A stretch of DNA of 64,000 nucleotides from an uncultured Gammaproteobacteria bacterium (GTDB lineage: Bacteria; Pseudomonadota; Gammaproteobacteria; DRLM01): assembly GCA_963729605.1 (NCBI GenBank), contig CAVSNY010000004.1, positions 224,001 through 288,000 of the forward strand. Reading direction: 5' to 3'. The notes under the pieces are model-generated. The model was not told the DNA's origin. It searched no databases and saw only the letters and a list, made by a program, of their open reading frames with translations. Positions 17,894 through 28,040 of this stretch are shown one piece after another; the first letter of the stretch is position 1; each line of letters opens with the position of its first letter. A program made the translations under genes and the position numbers.

Positions 17894-18036
17894 GACCGGG
17901 CTCCGTTGCGCGCCGAGCGCCGCTCATCGGCCTGCGCGGCAAAGGCCCTTATCTTCAAAGCTTCACGCGCCCAGCGCAAGCCCCGCCGGGCGTTTTGTCC
18001 CGGCACAGGGAGGAGTGATCTATATTTATCTTGTAA

Positions 18037-18072
18037 CTCCCGCGGCCAGCCGCGGGGAATTTTAAAATCAAA
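18037..18072 (-). repeat. Repeat family B, end fragment (palindromic CCCGCGGCCAGCCGCGGGG-AATTTTAAAATC)
   Basis: Matches the terminus of the copies at 28973 and 25321-25428. Confidence 0.55.
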
Positions 18073-18146
18073 CAAGGAATACATGCGCCGTGCGCAATCG
18101 GAACAATGGAGTCCATGACGATACGCGGCGGCTAGGAGGACGGTCC

Positions 18147-18656
18147 ATGGGCTTGGCCACGATGTTGGTGAGATATTTGATCCGCAATGGCGTGAGTTAT
18201 GAAGTCGTGACTCACCGGATGACCGCGTGCAGCGCCGCGAGCGCCCACATGGCGCAGGTGTCCAGCAGCCAGGTGGCGAAGAGCGTGGTGTTGAAGGACG
18301 ACACCGGTTACCTGCTGGCGGTATTGCCCGCCGCCAACCGAGTGTTGCTGGGCCGTTTGCACCAGCAGCTCCAGCGCGCCATCGGTTTGGCTACCGAGAA
18401 CGAAGTGAACGGTTTGTTTTGGGATTGCGTCCCCGGCGCGGTGCCGCCCCTCGGCCCGGCCTACGGTCTGGAGGTCGTCGTGGACGACACCCTCTGGGGC
18501 CTGTCTTATGTGTATTTCGAGGGGGGCGATCACCGTGAGCTGGTGAAAGTGCAGGGTGATGATTTCCAGCGCCTGTTGCCCGGTGCGCGGCATGGCCGTT
18601 TCAGCCGGCCCGCGCCGCGGTCCTCGCGTTCCGCATGGGCCGCCGTGCGGGCTTGA
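18147..18656 (+). CDS. YbaK/ProX-family aminoacyl-tRNA deacylase
   Basis: VAKSVVL, LATENE, DCVPGAVPPLG, VYFEGGDH; AGGAGG RBS before ATG 18147. Confidence 0.88.
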   Translation: MGLATMLVRYLIRNGVSYEVVTHRMTACSAASAHMAQVSSSQVAKSVVLKDDTGYLLAVLPAANRVLLGRLHQQLQRAIGLATENEVNGLFWDCVPGAVPPLGPAYGLEVVVDDTLWGLSYVYFEGGDHRELVKVQGDDFQRLLPGARHGRFSRPAPRSSRSAWAAVRA

Positions 18657-18698
18657 TCCAAGCCGCCATGGGCCCATAATAGGGCGGAGAATTTTTAA

Positions 18699-18845
18699 GG
18701 GAGCGCTGAATAATTCCATCCGGGAATCTCAGGGCGGGGAAAGCGAGAAATGTCATTTTCGCTTTCCTTCACTTTACAATGGCTGACCGCCGTTGAAGAT
18801 GGCGGCACCGTATGCCGCGGGAACCGCCGATTAATCGGCGGTTCC
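18699..18845 (-). mobile_element. MITE-like element family A, copy 2
   Basis: Reverse-complement homolog of 6990-7140; TTAA at 18695-18698 on one side only. Confidence 0.7.
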
Positions 18846-18890
18846 GTGCCAAAAACGAAAATCCCCCAGCAGAATGAAGGAGTGACGAAT

Positions 18891-19238
18891 ATGGGCGGCG
18901 AGTGCCTGTTCTGCAAAATGGCCAATGGCCAAATCAAGCCCGATATCGTTTACGAGAATGAGGCGGTGCTGGCGTTCAAAGACATCAATCCGCAGGCCCC
19001 GGTGCATGTGTTGGTCATTCCCAAAAAACACATTGCCACCCTCAATGACCTCGAGCCCAACCACGAGGTGCTGATCGGCGAGTTGTATTTGACGGCGAAA
19101 AAAGTGGCCCGGCAACTGGGCATCGCCGATGGCGGTTATCGGACCGTGATTAACTGCAACGCCGACGCGGGGCAGACGGTGTTCCATCTCCACCTGCATG
19201 TGCTCGGCGGGCGCCAGTTGGGTTGGCCGCCGGGGTGA
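18891..19238 (+). CDS. hinT: Histidine triad (HIT) nucleotide-binding protein, HinT-like
   Basis: CLFCKM, FKDINPQAPVHVLVIPK, GQTVFHLHLHVLGGR; AAGGAG RBS. Confidence 0.93.
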   Translation: MGGECLFCKMANGQIKPDIVYENEAVLAFKDINPQAPVHVLVIPKKHIATLNDLEPNHEVLIGELYLTAKKVARQLGIADGGYRTVINCNADAGQTVFHLHLHVLGGRQLGWPPG

Positions 19239-19247
19239 ACCGGGCAT

Positions 19248-19276
19248 AAAAAAACGCCGGCGGGAGGCCGGCGTTT
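19248..19276 (-). terminator. Intrinsic terminator between convergent genes
   Basis: AAAAAAACGCCGGC-GGGAG-GCCGGCGTTT hairpin with U-tract on the minus strand. Confidence 0.75.
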
Positions 19277-19302
19277 CAGGTTTTCGCAAACAGGCGACGC
19301 GT

Positions 19303-19434
19303 TTATTTGCGTTTGCTGGGGAGGCGGGCGCCGTCCTCGACGCGATAAATCTGTATCGTGAGATAGGTCAGCAGCACCGTAGTGACCACGGCGACCGCAA
19401 TGACCATATTCGTAATAAGAGCTTCGGATAACAT
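19303..19434 (-). CDS. 43-aa single-TM small protein
   Basis: MLSEALITNMVIAVAVVTTVLLTYLTIQIYRVEDGARLPSKRK*; GGAGG RBS; followed by a terminator. Confidence 0.65.
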   Translation of the reverse strand: MLSEALITNMVIAVAVVTTVLLTYLTIQIYRVEDGARLPSKRK

Positions 19435-19646
19435 GCTAGCCTCCCGTTGATGATCACGGCCGGAACCCGTCCGGCGTATAAACAGCCGATACCATAACAC
19501 AGCTTTTTCGGGCTGGGTAGGTGGCGGCGGGGCGGTCACGGCCCGGGTAAGGATGCCGGTCGGGCTGTGGACGTTTTGTCCCGGCCGGCGCAAGGAAAGA
19601 GGGGGTGAATAAAAGGGAATAAGGTTTGTAAGAATAAGGTTTGTAA

Positions 19647-21497
19647 TTAGAGGCCGGATTTTTTGTTTTTTCCCTGGAGCAGCGCCACGAACTCCGCCTC
19701 CGGCAGGGGCTTGCTGAAAAAGTAGCCTTGAAATTCGTCGCAATGGATGTTTTTCAGAAACGCCAGCTGGGCCTCGGTCTCCACGCCTTCCGCCACCACG
19801 TTCAAGCCCAGGCTGTGCGCCAGGGTGATGATGGTGGCGGTGATCGCGGCGTCGTCGGCGTCGTGGGGAATGTCCTTGATGAAAGAGCAATCGACCTTCA
19901 ACTCGTCCAGCGGAAAGCGCTTGAGGTAACTCAGCGACGAATAGCCAGTGCCGAAATCATCGACTGAAACCTTGAGTCCCATTTCCTTCATCTCGCGCAG
20001 GGCCGCCACGCTTTCGACGGGGTTGGCCATGATCATGCTTTCGGTGAGTTCGATGACCAGGTGTTGGGGATCCAAGCCGGTTTGCGCCAGGGTGCCGCGG
20101 ATGATTTGCACCAAGCCGTATTGACGAAACTGTTGACTCGAAACATTGACCGAAATGCGCAGTGCGCCGAGGCCGAGGGTCTGCCAGTTCTTGCAGTGGC
20201 TGCTGGCGGTATGCAGGGCCCACGCGCCGAGCTCGGTGATCAAGCCGGTATCCTCCGCGATGGGGATGAATTCGAGGGGCGATATCATGCCGAATTCGCC
20301 GTGACTCCAGCGCATCAAGGCTTCGGCGCCGATGATCTCACCGTTGCCGATGTTGATCTTGGGCTGATAATGCAGGCTGATCTCGTCGCGCGCGATCGCC
20401 TTGCGTAACTGGGTCTCCAGGCTGAGCCGCCGCTCGGAGCGGGCGTTGATCTCCGCCGAATAAAATTGATAGGTATTCTTGCCCTGTTGCTTGGCGTGCG
20501 ACATCGCGATGTCGGCGTGTTTGATCAGCGTGTCCAAGTCTTCGCCGTCGTCGGGAAATACCGCGATGCCGATGCTGGAAGTGAGGAAAATTTCCTGATT
20601 GGCGATGGTGCATGGTTTGGCCAGGGCGCCGAGGATGCGGGTCGCCACCTGCCGCGCGTTGTCGGTCTTTTCGATCAGCGGGATGAAGATGGTGAATTCA
20701 TCGCCGCCGATCCGCGATAGGTTATTAATGGCCTCATAGGTGTTCGATTTGGCGATCAGGTCATCGGGCCGCAGGCAACTTTCCAGGCGCTGTGCCACCA
20801 GCTTGAGCAGTAAATCGCCGGCCCGGTGGCCGAGGGTATCGTTGATCTGTTTGAAACGATCGAGATTGATATGCAGGACCACGCAGTATTTTCCGTCGTG
20901 TTTGGCTCGGCTGAGCGCGCGTTCGAGCCGGGTCATGAAGGTGCGGCGATTGGGCAGTCCGGTCAATCCGTCGTAATAGGCCAGACGATCCTGATAGGCC
21001 TTGGCGGCCAGCGTGTTACGCATTCGCAGAATCAGCTCGCTGGAATCCAGCGGTTTCCCCAGAAAATCGGTGGCCCCGAGTTCCAGGGCCTTCAGCTTGG
21101 TGCCGGTATCGACGGCGGAGGTCAGGATGATGACCGGTACATGCTTCAAAGCGGGCTCGGCCCTCAATCTGACCAGGATCTCGAAGCCGTCTATCTTGGG
21201 CATTTTGATGTCGAGCAGAATGACGTCCGGGTGCTGATCGAGGATGATATTGAAGGCGGCGGTAGGGTCGGTGGTGGTGATGAACTGGGTGTAACCCGCT
21301 GTTTCTAAAAACAGGCGCACCAGATCAATGACGGTTTGATCGTCGTCAATGATCATGATCCTGGCGTGGTTTTGCGAACCGGAATGTTTGTCCAAGGAAT
21401 CCATGTTCGACGCGATGATTTCTTTATCCGCCGATTTGCGTGTTTCGCTCCCGTCCTTGAAGGGATGTAATTGTTTTGGCGGCGTCAAAACTGACAA
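19647..21497 (-). CDS. REC-GGDEF-EAL response regulator
   Basis: REC (IDDD, LLDIKMP, KP), GGDEF, EAL, DDFGTGYSSL; start codon uncertain (TTG 21497 or a later ATG). Confidence 0.93.
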   Translation of the reverse strand: MSVLTPPKQLHPFKDGSETRKSADKEIIASNMDSLDKHSGSQNHARIMIIDDDQTVIDLVRLFLETAGYTQFITTTDPTAAFNIILDQHPDVILLDIKMPKIDGFEILVRLRAEPALKHVPVIILTSAVDTGTKLKALELGATDFLGKPLDSSELILRMRNTLAAKAYQDRLAYYDGLTGLPNRRTFMTRLERALSRAKHDGKYCVVLHINLDRFKQINDTLGHRAGDLLLKLVAQRLESCLRPDDLIAKSNTYEAINNLSRIGGDEFTIFIPLIEKTDNARQVATRILGALAKPCTIANQEIFLTSSIGIAVFPDDGEDLDTLIKHADIAMSHAKQQGKNTYQFYSAEINARSERRLSLETQLRKAIARDEISLHYQPKINIGNGEIIGAEALMRWSHGEFGMISPLEFIPIAEDTGLITELGAWALHTASSHCKNWQTLGLGALRISVNVSSQQFRQYGLVQIIRGTLAQTGLDPQHLVIELTESMIMANPVESVAALREMKEMGLKVSVDDFGTGYSSLSYLKRFPLDELKVDCSFIKDIPHDADDAAITATIITLAHSLGLNVVAEGVETEAQLAFLKNIHCDEFQGYFFSKPLPEAEFVALLQGKNKKSGL

Positions 21498-21560
21498 TTC
21501 CTCTCATTACGGCCGGAGGCGGGCGATTGCCCTCAGGGCGCGTGGGCCTGGTTTACCCCT

Positions 21561-21586
21561 ATATCGGCATCTTTCGCACACCTTAA
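21561..21586 (-). promoter_or_regulatory. Possible sigma-28-type promoter
   Basis: Minus strand TTAAG-N13-GCCGATAT (spacer 1 nt short). Confidence 0.35.
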
Positions 21587-21731
21587 TAGTGTTCGTTGCC
21601 AAACCCGAAGCCCGCCATGCGGCGCGGATAACGGGGGATAATCGCCGCTTGAGAGGTGAGTCTTTTCTTGCCCGGGACCGGCGCGCCGCGACGGCGGCGT
21701 CCATCCCTCCAGCGACAGGCCGCGCGCCGCC

Positions 21732-24700
21732 TTAGCGGGGAATTTTGAGCGGGGAAATCGAGTTTACAAATTCCTCGGCCACGACCGGATGGCCGTACCA
21801 ATGTCCTTGACCTTCGTCGCAACCCAGCGCGGCGAGAAATTGATGTTGTTCTTCGGTCTCGACGCCCTCCGCGATCACCTCGAGATTGAGGCTTTGGCCC
21901 AGCGCGATCACCGCGCGGGCGATCGCCTCGTCATTGGGATCGTGGGGAATGTCGCGGACGAAGGATTTATCGATTTTCAATTTATCCACCGGCAAGCGTT
22001 TCAGGTAACTCAAGGAAGAGTAGCCGGTGCCAAAATCGTCTATGGAAATGGTGACGCCCAACTGCTTGAGCTTGTCGAGCACGTTGACCGTCCAGGCCGT
22101 TTTCTGCATGACCAGGCTCTCGGTGATCTCCAATTCCAGACACTGCGAACCGAGACCGCTGGCTTCCAGCGCGCGACCGACGGTGGCGACGATGTCACCC
22201 CTTTGGAATTGAATACTTGAAAGGTTTACCGCCATCCGCTTCAACGGGAAGCCCGCGTCCAACCAGGTTTTCATCTGTTTGCACGCGCACTGTAATACCC
22301 ACTCGCCGATCGATTCGATCAGTCCGCATTCTTCGGCCAGCGAAATGAAGCGCGACGGCAAAATCAGCCCCATGTCGGGATGCTGCCAGCGGATGAGCGC
22401 TTCCGCGCCGATCAACTCACCGGTTTTCAGCCGGTATTGGGGTTGATAGAAAAGTATTAATTCGTTTTTTTCCAGGGCATGCCGCAGGGCGTTTTCCAAG
22501 GTCAGGCGCTCGAAGGCGGCGGCGGTGAGGGCCGTGGTGTAGAACTGATAGGCGTTACGGCCTTCTTCCTTGGCGCGGTACATCGCCGCGTCCGCGTTCC
22601 TGACCAGGGTGGCGCCTTCTTCACCGTCGCCGGGATAGAGGCTGATGCCGACGCTGACCGTCAGATGTAATTCATGGCCTTTCACTGAAAACGGATTGCC
22701 CACCGCCTCGGTGAGTTTTTTGGCCAAGTGCGCCACATCCTGCGCGTCGTCGATCTTTTCGATCAGAATGATGAATTCGTCGCCGCCCAGCCGCGCCACG
22801 GTGTCTTCCTGGCGGATCAGCCGCGTGATGCGTTTCGCCGTCTCCTTGAGCAGGATGTCGCCGACCGGATGACCGAGGCTGTCGTTGATGTTCTTGAAGC
22901 GGTCGAGATCGAGGAACAAGACCGCGACTTGATGGCCTTCGCGTTCGGCGCGTTTTAACGCGTGTTCAAGCCGGTCGTTGAACAGCAAACGATTAGGCAG
23001 TTCGGTGAGCGGATCATGATGCGCCAAAAAATCCAATTGTTCTTGCGAACGTTTGATCGCCGAGATATCGGAAAATACCGCGACATAATTGATGATGTTG
23101 TTGTCGACGTCGCGTACGACGCTGATGGTCGACCACGCGGGAAAAATCTCGCCGCTTTTCCGCCGGTCCCAGATTTCGCCCTGCCACAGCCCGGCGGTTT
23201 CGATCGCCGCCCACATGGTCCGGTAAAAATCCCGGTCATGCCGATCGGATTTTAAAATGCGCGGATTATTCCCCAGAGCGTCCTGTTCCGCATACCCGGT
23301 GATTTCGGTGAAGGCCTTGTTGACAGCGATAATCCTGTTATTGGCGTCGGTGACCACCACCGCTTCCGCGGTGTTCTTGACCACCGCGGCCAATTGGCGC
23401 AGTTCTTCTTCGGCCCGTTTGCGTTCGGTGATGTCGCGCACGAAGGCGACATGGAGTTCATGATCGCCGAGCCACAGGTGGCGCGCCGACACCTCCACGG
23501 GAAACACCACGCCGTCCTTGCGGCGATGCGTGGTTTCGGTGTGCATGGTGTCGATTTCCTCGGAGTGGTGTTGCGCCCACAACAGTCGCCATTTTTCCAT
23601 GGGGAACAACGGATCGATGTCCCATAGATGCAAGCTCAGCAATTCATCGCGGGTATAGCCGAGCGAACGGCAGGCGGTTTCGTTGACGTAGGAGAAGCCG
23701 CCGTCGCGGGTCATGAAGAAGACCCCTTCCGGGGCATTTTCCATCGAGAAGCGGTACATCTGTAACGCTTCCTCCGCCCGTTTTCGTTCGGTAATGTCGC
23801 GCCACACGGTGTAGATGGCCTGATGGTCGCCGAGGGTGATGGTGGTAAGCAGCACCTCGACCGGAAAGTCTTCGCCGTCGGTGCGGCGGTGCATCCATTC
23901 AAAGCGGTTGCTGCCTTTTTCCAGGGTGGTGCGGATGATTTCCTCGGCCTTTTCGTAGGACGGGCGGCCGTCGGGCTGATGGGCGGGCGAAAGGACCGAA
24001 GGATGCAGCGAGAGGAATTGTTTTTTGTCGGTGGCGCGCATCATCTCGACGGTGGCCTGATTGCAGTCGGTGAATACGCCGTTTTCAAAAAGCAGGATGG
24101 CGTCGGCGGATTTTTCGAAGAGCGAACGGAAGCGGGCTTCGCGTTCTTGGATGGCGGCTTCGGCCTGCTTGCGTTCGCTGATGTCGCGCACGAAGGCGAC
24201 GTGGTGGCCCTTTTCGGGGAGCCAGAGATGTTTCGCCGAGACTTCCACGGGAAATACCGTCCCATCCTTACGGCGATGCAAGGTTTCGGTGAAGACCGTG
24301 TCGGCTTTGGTGGCGATGATCTCGTCCCAGCGTGCCTTTGGGAAAACCGGATCGATGTCCCATAGTTTCAGTCCCATCAGCTCTTGCCGGGTATATCCCA
24401 GCGAGCGGCAGGCCCGGTCGTTCACATAGGAAAATCCGCCGTCGCTGGTCATCAAGAACACCGCGTCCGGCGCGTGCTCCATGAAGAACTGATACATGTG
24501 CAGCGCCTCTTCGGCCTGTTTGCGGTCGGTGATGTCGCGCACGAAGGCGACGTGATAATCGGCATCGACCAGCCAGAGGTGCTTCGCGGAGATTTCGACG
24601 GGGAAGAGACTGCCGTTCTTATGGCGGTGAGTCGCCTCCACCTGGTGGACCGGGACCTTGTTTTTTTGAAACCGTTGCCACATCGCCTCCCAACCGGATT

Positions 24701-24944
24701 CCGAGATGGCGGGGTCGATGTCCCACAGTTTAAGACTCATTAATTCATCGCGGCTGTGGCCGAGCGAGAGGCAGGCCTGTTCATTGACGTAGAAGAACCC
24801 GCCGCCGCTGCTTATGATGAACACGCCTTCCGGCGCATATTCTATGGAAGACAAAAACAGTTGCAGGGTTTCTTCGGTGAGGTTGCGTTCGCCGGCAATC
24901 CACGCCTTGCCGTCGAAATGTAACTGGGGCTCGCTGGACGTCAT
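21732..24944 (-). CDS. Cytoplasmic 5xPAS-GGDEF-EAL protein
   Basis: Five PAS/PAC units ending in RDIT/SDIS motifs; GGDEF, EAL and DDFGTGYSSL intact. Confidence 0.95.
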   Translation of the reverse strand: MTSSEPQLHFDGKAWIAGERNLTEETLQLFLSSIEYAPEGVFIISSGGGFFYVNEQACLSLGHSRDELMSLKLWDIDPAISESGWEAMWQRFQKNKVPVHQVEATHRHKNGSLFPVEISAKHLWLVDADYHVAFVRDITDRKQAEEALHMYQFFMEHAPDAVFLMTSDGGFSYVNDRACRSLGYTRQELMGLKLWDIDPVFPKARWDEIIATKADTVFTETLHRRKDGTVFPVEVSAKHLWLPEKGHHVAFVRDISERKQAEAAIQEREARFRSLFEKSADAILLFENGVFTDCNQATVEMMRATDKKQFLSLHPSVLSPAHQPDGRPSYEKAEEIIRTTLEKGSNRFEWMHRRTDGEDFPVEVLLTTITLGDHQAIYTVWRDITERKRAEEALQMYRFSMENAPEGVFFMTRDGGFSYVNETACRSLGYTRDELLSLHLWDIDPLFPMEKWRLLWAQHHSEEIDTMHTETTHRRKDGVVFPVEVSARHLWLGDHELHVAFVRDITERKRAEEELRQLAAVVKNTAEAVVVTDANNRIIAVNKAFTEITGYAEQDALGNNPRILKSDRHDRDFYRTMWAAIETAGLWQGEIWDRRKSGEIFPAWSTISVVRDVDNNIINYVAVFSDISAIKRSQEQLDFLAHHDPLTELPNRLLFNDRLEHALKRAEREGHQVAVLFLDLDRFKNINDSLGHPVGDILLKETAKRITRLIRQEDTVARLGGDEFIILIEKIDDAQDVAHLAKKLTEAVGNPFSVKGHELHLTVSVGISLYPGDGEEGATLVRNADAAMYRAKEEGRNAYQFYTTALTAAAFERLTLENALRHALEKNELILFYQPQYRLKTGELIGAEALIRWQHPDMGLILPSRFISLAEECGLIESIGEWVLQCACKQMKTWLDAGFPLKRMAVNLSSIQFQRGDIVATVGRALEASGLGSQCLELEITESLVMQKTAWTVNVLDKLKQLGVTISIDDFGTGYSSLSYLKRLPVDKLKIDKSFVRDIPHDPNDEAIARAVIALGQSLNLEVIAEGVETEEQHQFLAALGCDEGQGHWYGHPVVAEEFVNSISPLKIPR

Positions 24945-25320
24945 GCTCGGTTTCCCCTTGCTCAGGTCACGCGTTTTTTATATTTCATTCAAGGAACAGA
25001 TGCGGCGGGAGTTCGGAAAATAGCTTCTTTTTCAGAATCACTATTCTCATGAAGGGCGGTAATTCCATGGGAATTCCCTCCAGCGGTGATTGTTATCGAC
25101 TCCCCGAAGCCAAGTCGATGCCCGGACGGCGGCATCAACGGCAGTCGTCGCCGTTATCTGAACCAGTTCCCCCTCGTAAGCGATAGCGTATCGGTGTCGC
25201 TCGTTGCGTTACTTGTTATGGGTATGCGAAAAGCCGCGCCAGTCGCTACCCAGCTAACCCGGATGTGGTGCGAGCTTAACCCGAAAACCAGGGTAACGGA
25301 TATATGTTTAGTCGGCGGGA

Positions 25321-25428
25321 TTCAATCGGTCCGAGTGCGCACGGGGAATGAACCCCCGCGCTTGCTTACAGGGGAGTCTCGCATCGCCTTGTCCTCGCGG
25401 CAGGCCGCGGGGAATTTTGAGATTAAAA
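25321..25428 (-). repeat. Repeat family B copy (internally deleted)
   Basis: Reverse complement reads TTTAATCTCAAAATTCCCCGCGGCCTGCCGCG...CTCCCC...GCAAGCGCGG...GACCGATTGAA, colinear with 7785-7920. Confidence 0.6.
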
Positions 25429-25435
25429 TGGCTAG

Positions 25436-25580
25436 GGAATCTGAGCGATTTATGCGGAGGTCCTGCGGCATATGGATGGGCATTTTCAAGGGTGTCGGTC
25501 ATTGAAAATGAAGGGAAGCGAAAATCACATTTCGCTTCCCTCGCTTTGAAAATCCCAGGATGAAATTATTCGAAGTCTTG
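25436..25580 (+). mobile_element. MITE-like element family A, copy 3 (degenerate ends)
   Basis: CATTTTCAA...CATTGAAAATG, GGGAAGCGAAAAT...TTTCGCTTCCC and GAAAATCCCAGGATGAAATTATTC match copy 1; preceded by CTAG. Confidence 0.65.
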
Positions 25581-25680
25581 CTGATCTCGCGATGCGGCGC
25601 ACGGTCGCACCGGTCGCACCGAATCGGGGTTAAATTTTTTATCTCCTTATTTTGCGCAAGGTAAAAAACGGGTGATGGAT

Positions 25681-26493
25681 TTATTGATTGGGCATTAAGC
25701 CCACCGCGACGCTGCGCATGTCGATGGCGCCCATCTCTATTCCTTCCACGGGAAAACTGACGGCTTCACCCGGCTGCTGTTGCGCGATCACATACAGCAG
25801 CGGCAAATAATGTTCCGGGGTCGGCACACTCAGCCGGGCGTCCTCGCCGTTGCCCAAATAATGGAGCAAGGGCGTGTGTTCGCCGGCCAGCACATGCCCG
25901 CGCACCCAATCGGAAAAGCGTTGCGACCAAGCGTAGGGCGGCGTGTCGTCGGCCCAGGTCAGGCGGCGCAGATTGTGGACGATGTTGCCGCTGCCGATGA
26001 TCAGCACTCCCTCGTCGCGCAGCGGCGCCAGCCGCCGCGCGAGTGCGTAATGCCAGTCGGAGGATTGTGTCGCGTCGAGACTGAGTTGTACCACGGGAAT
26101 GTCGGCCTGCGGAAAGGCATGTACCAGCACCGACCACGTGCCGTGGTCGAGTCCCCAGCCCTGGGTGGTGTCCTCGTCCAATGCCACCGGCACCGGGGCA
26201 AGCAGCTGTTGCACCCGGTGCGCCAAGGCGGGGGCCCCCGGCGCCGGATACTGGACCTCGAACAAGGCGCGGGGAAAACCGCCGAAGTCGTGGATGGTGC
26301 GCGGCCGCGCCATGGCGGTGACCGCCGTGCCGCGGATATACCAATGCGCGGACACCGAAAGTATGGCGGCGGGACGGGGCAGCGACGCCCCCAGTCCCCG
26401 CCAGGCCTCGGTGTAGCGGTTGGGTTCGATGGCGTACATGGGATTGCCATGGCCGAAGAAGATTGCCGGCATACGCGGGGGCGGTGTGGTCAT
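25681..26493 (-). CDS. ygiD: 4,5-DOPA extradiol dioxygenase (YgiD/LigB family)
   Basis: FFGHGNPM, SAHW, TIHDFGGFP, WGLDHGTW, GSGNIVHNL, PTPEHYLPL. Confidence 0.93.
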   Translation of the reverse strand: MTTPPPRMPAIFFGHGNPMYAIEPNRYTEAWRGLGASLPRPAAILSVSAHWYIRGTAVTAMARPRTIHDFGGFPRALFEVQYPAPGAPALAHRVQQLLAPVPVALDEDTTQGWGLDHGTWSVLVHAFPQADIPVVQLSLDATQSSDWHYALARRLAPLRDEGVLIIGSGNIVHNLRRLTWADDTPPYAWSQRFSDWVRGHVLAGEHTPLLHYLGNGEDARLSVPTPEHYLPLLYVIAQQQPGEAVSFPVEGIEMGAIDMRSVAVGLMPNQ

Positions 26494-26538
26494 CGTCTTC
26501 TCCTTTCCCGATTGAATGTGGGTTCGCCGGTTTCCATG

Positions 26539-26949
26539 TCAGGCGCGCGACGTAGCGCGTTCGGCCGACAACGGTCCGCTGCCATGTACGACGATGTACA
26601 AGAGTCCGCCCATGATCGCCAGATTCTTCATGAAGTGGATCATCTGATTCTGCGCCTGCTCGGCGGGCATCGCCCAGAAATTGTGGAAGACCAGCGCGGT
26701 GGTCGCGGTGAACAAGAACAGCGCCGCCGCCGCCCAGCGGGCCTTGTAACCGGCGGCGATCAGCAATCCACCGCCCAATTCGACCACGATCGCCACCACC
26801 GCCGCGATCGCCGGCAGCGGCAGACCGACGCTGGCGATGTAGCCTACGGTGCCTTCGTAGCCGGCGATCTTGTTCCAGCCGGCCATGATGAAGATTAACG
26901 CGATTAAAATACGGCCCACCAAGGGGCCGACGGTTTGCAGGGTGTTCAT
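26539..26949 (-). CDS. DoxX family membrane protein
   Basis: GRILIALIF..G.NK, ELGGG, FHNFW, FMKNLAIMGGLL; start re-called at ATG 26949. Confidence 0.9.
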   Translation of the reverse strand: MNTLQTVGPLVGRILIALIFIMAGWNKIAGYEGTVGYIASVGLPLPAIAAVVAIVVELGGGLLIAAGYKARWAAAALFLFTATTALVFHNFWAMPAEQAQNQMIHFMKNLAIMGGLLYIVVHGSGPLSAERATSRA

Positions 26950-27074
26950 GACTGTTCCTTTCGTTGTGAAGCGTCGTGCATATCGCACGAGGCGGATTTA
27001 CGGCTTGAATTTTCTCCCCCATGCGGGGGAGAGTGGATTTCAAACTGTCTGCGATTGAGGAGGGCGCTTACCGC

Positions 27075-27944
27075 TCAGCGCGCGAAAAAGTCCTCGATCA
27101 AGTTATCGAGCGGCGGCGCGGGGTGGCCCACCAAGGCGGCGAAATCGCCGGTGACTCGATCGAAGTTGCCCACCGCCACCGCCGTGTACATATTGGCGAT
27201 GGCCCGCGCCATCCATTCAGGCACTTTGTATTCAACGAGGGCCTGGGCGTAGTCGTCTTCGCTGACCGGCTGATAACGGATGGGTTTGCCGGTGACCCGC
27301 CCCAGCGCGGCAGCCACCTCGTGAAAGGTGTGCGTGGCCGGACCGGTCAATTCGTAGATGGTTTTTTCCAAACGGTCTTTGACCGCCACGGCGGCGAGGG
27401 CCTGCCCGAGTTCCGCGCGGCTGATGAAGCTGGTGCGTCCTTCACCCGCCGAGAGATAAAACACCCCGGATTGCAAGGCGCCGCCGACGGTCATCGGCAG
27501 ATAATCGGCGTAGAGCGGATTGCGCAGTATCGCCAATTCCAGGCCGCTGGCTCGCAGTTCGGCCTCGGTGGCGTGGTGGACCGCGGCGAACTCCGACGGC
27601 GAATCGGCCTTCACGTCGAGAAAGCTGGTGTAGATGATCCGTTTGACGCCCGCGGCCTTGGCGGCGCGGATGGCGGTGCGATGCTGGGCGATGCGCAGTT
27701 CTTTGGGGCCGTCGGTGGAGATCAGCACCAGCCGCTCGACACCGGCGAAGGCCTGGGCGAGGGTCTCGGGTTTATCGAAATCGCCGTGGCGGACCGTGAT
27801 GCCGCGCTCGGCGAGCTCGTCGGCCTTGGCCGGATCGCGCACGCTGACCGCGAGTTGTTCGAGGGACGACGGGCCCAGCCGTTTGGCCAGGTGTTCGACG
27901 GTGTGGCGGCCGAGGTGGCCGTTGGCTCCTGTGACTAAAATCAT
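27075..27944 (-). CDS. NmrA-like SDR, NAD(P)H:quinone oxidoreductase (QorB/YtfG-like)
   Basis: ILVTGANGHLG, GDFDKPETL, AGVKRIIYTS, LRNPLY. Confidence 0.88.
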   Translation of the reverse strand: MILVTGANGHLGRHTVEHLAKRLGPSSLEQLAVSVRDPAKADELAERGITVRHGDFDKPETLAQAFAGVERLVLISTDGPKELRIAQHRTAIRAAKAAGVKRIIYTSFLDVKADSPSEFAAVHHATEAELRASGLELAILRNPLYADYLPMTVGGALQSGVFYLSAGEGRTSFISRAELGQALAAVAVKDRLEKTIYELTGPATHTFHEVAAALGRVTGKPIRYQPVSEDDYAQALVEYKVPEWMARAIANMYTAVAVGNFDRVTGDFAALVGHPAPPLDNLIEDFFAR

Positions 27945-28040
27945 GGCGGTACTCCTTGAGTTGGGTGTACTAACTATAGGCCACCGATGCGCACCTAAAT
28001 AGTGGACAATCGGCTCTTGTCAGTTGCAGAATCGGCAACA

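Noticed and set aside
19617-19646. Tandem 15-mer GAATAAGGTTTGTAA x2
   Set aside because: Only two units and no spacer; a local duplication, not a CRISPR array
25030-25320. Possible c-di-GMP riboswitch or Fur box upstream of the PAS-GGDEF-EAL gene
   Set aside because: No GGCAAAC/GAAA/GCAAAG GEMM core on either strand; AGAAT-N4-ATTCT spacing does not fit Fur
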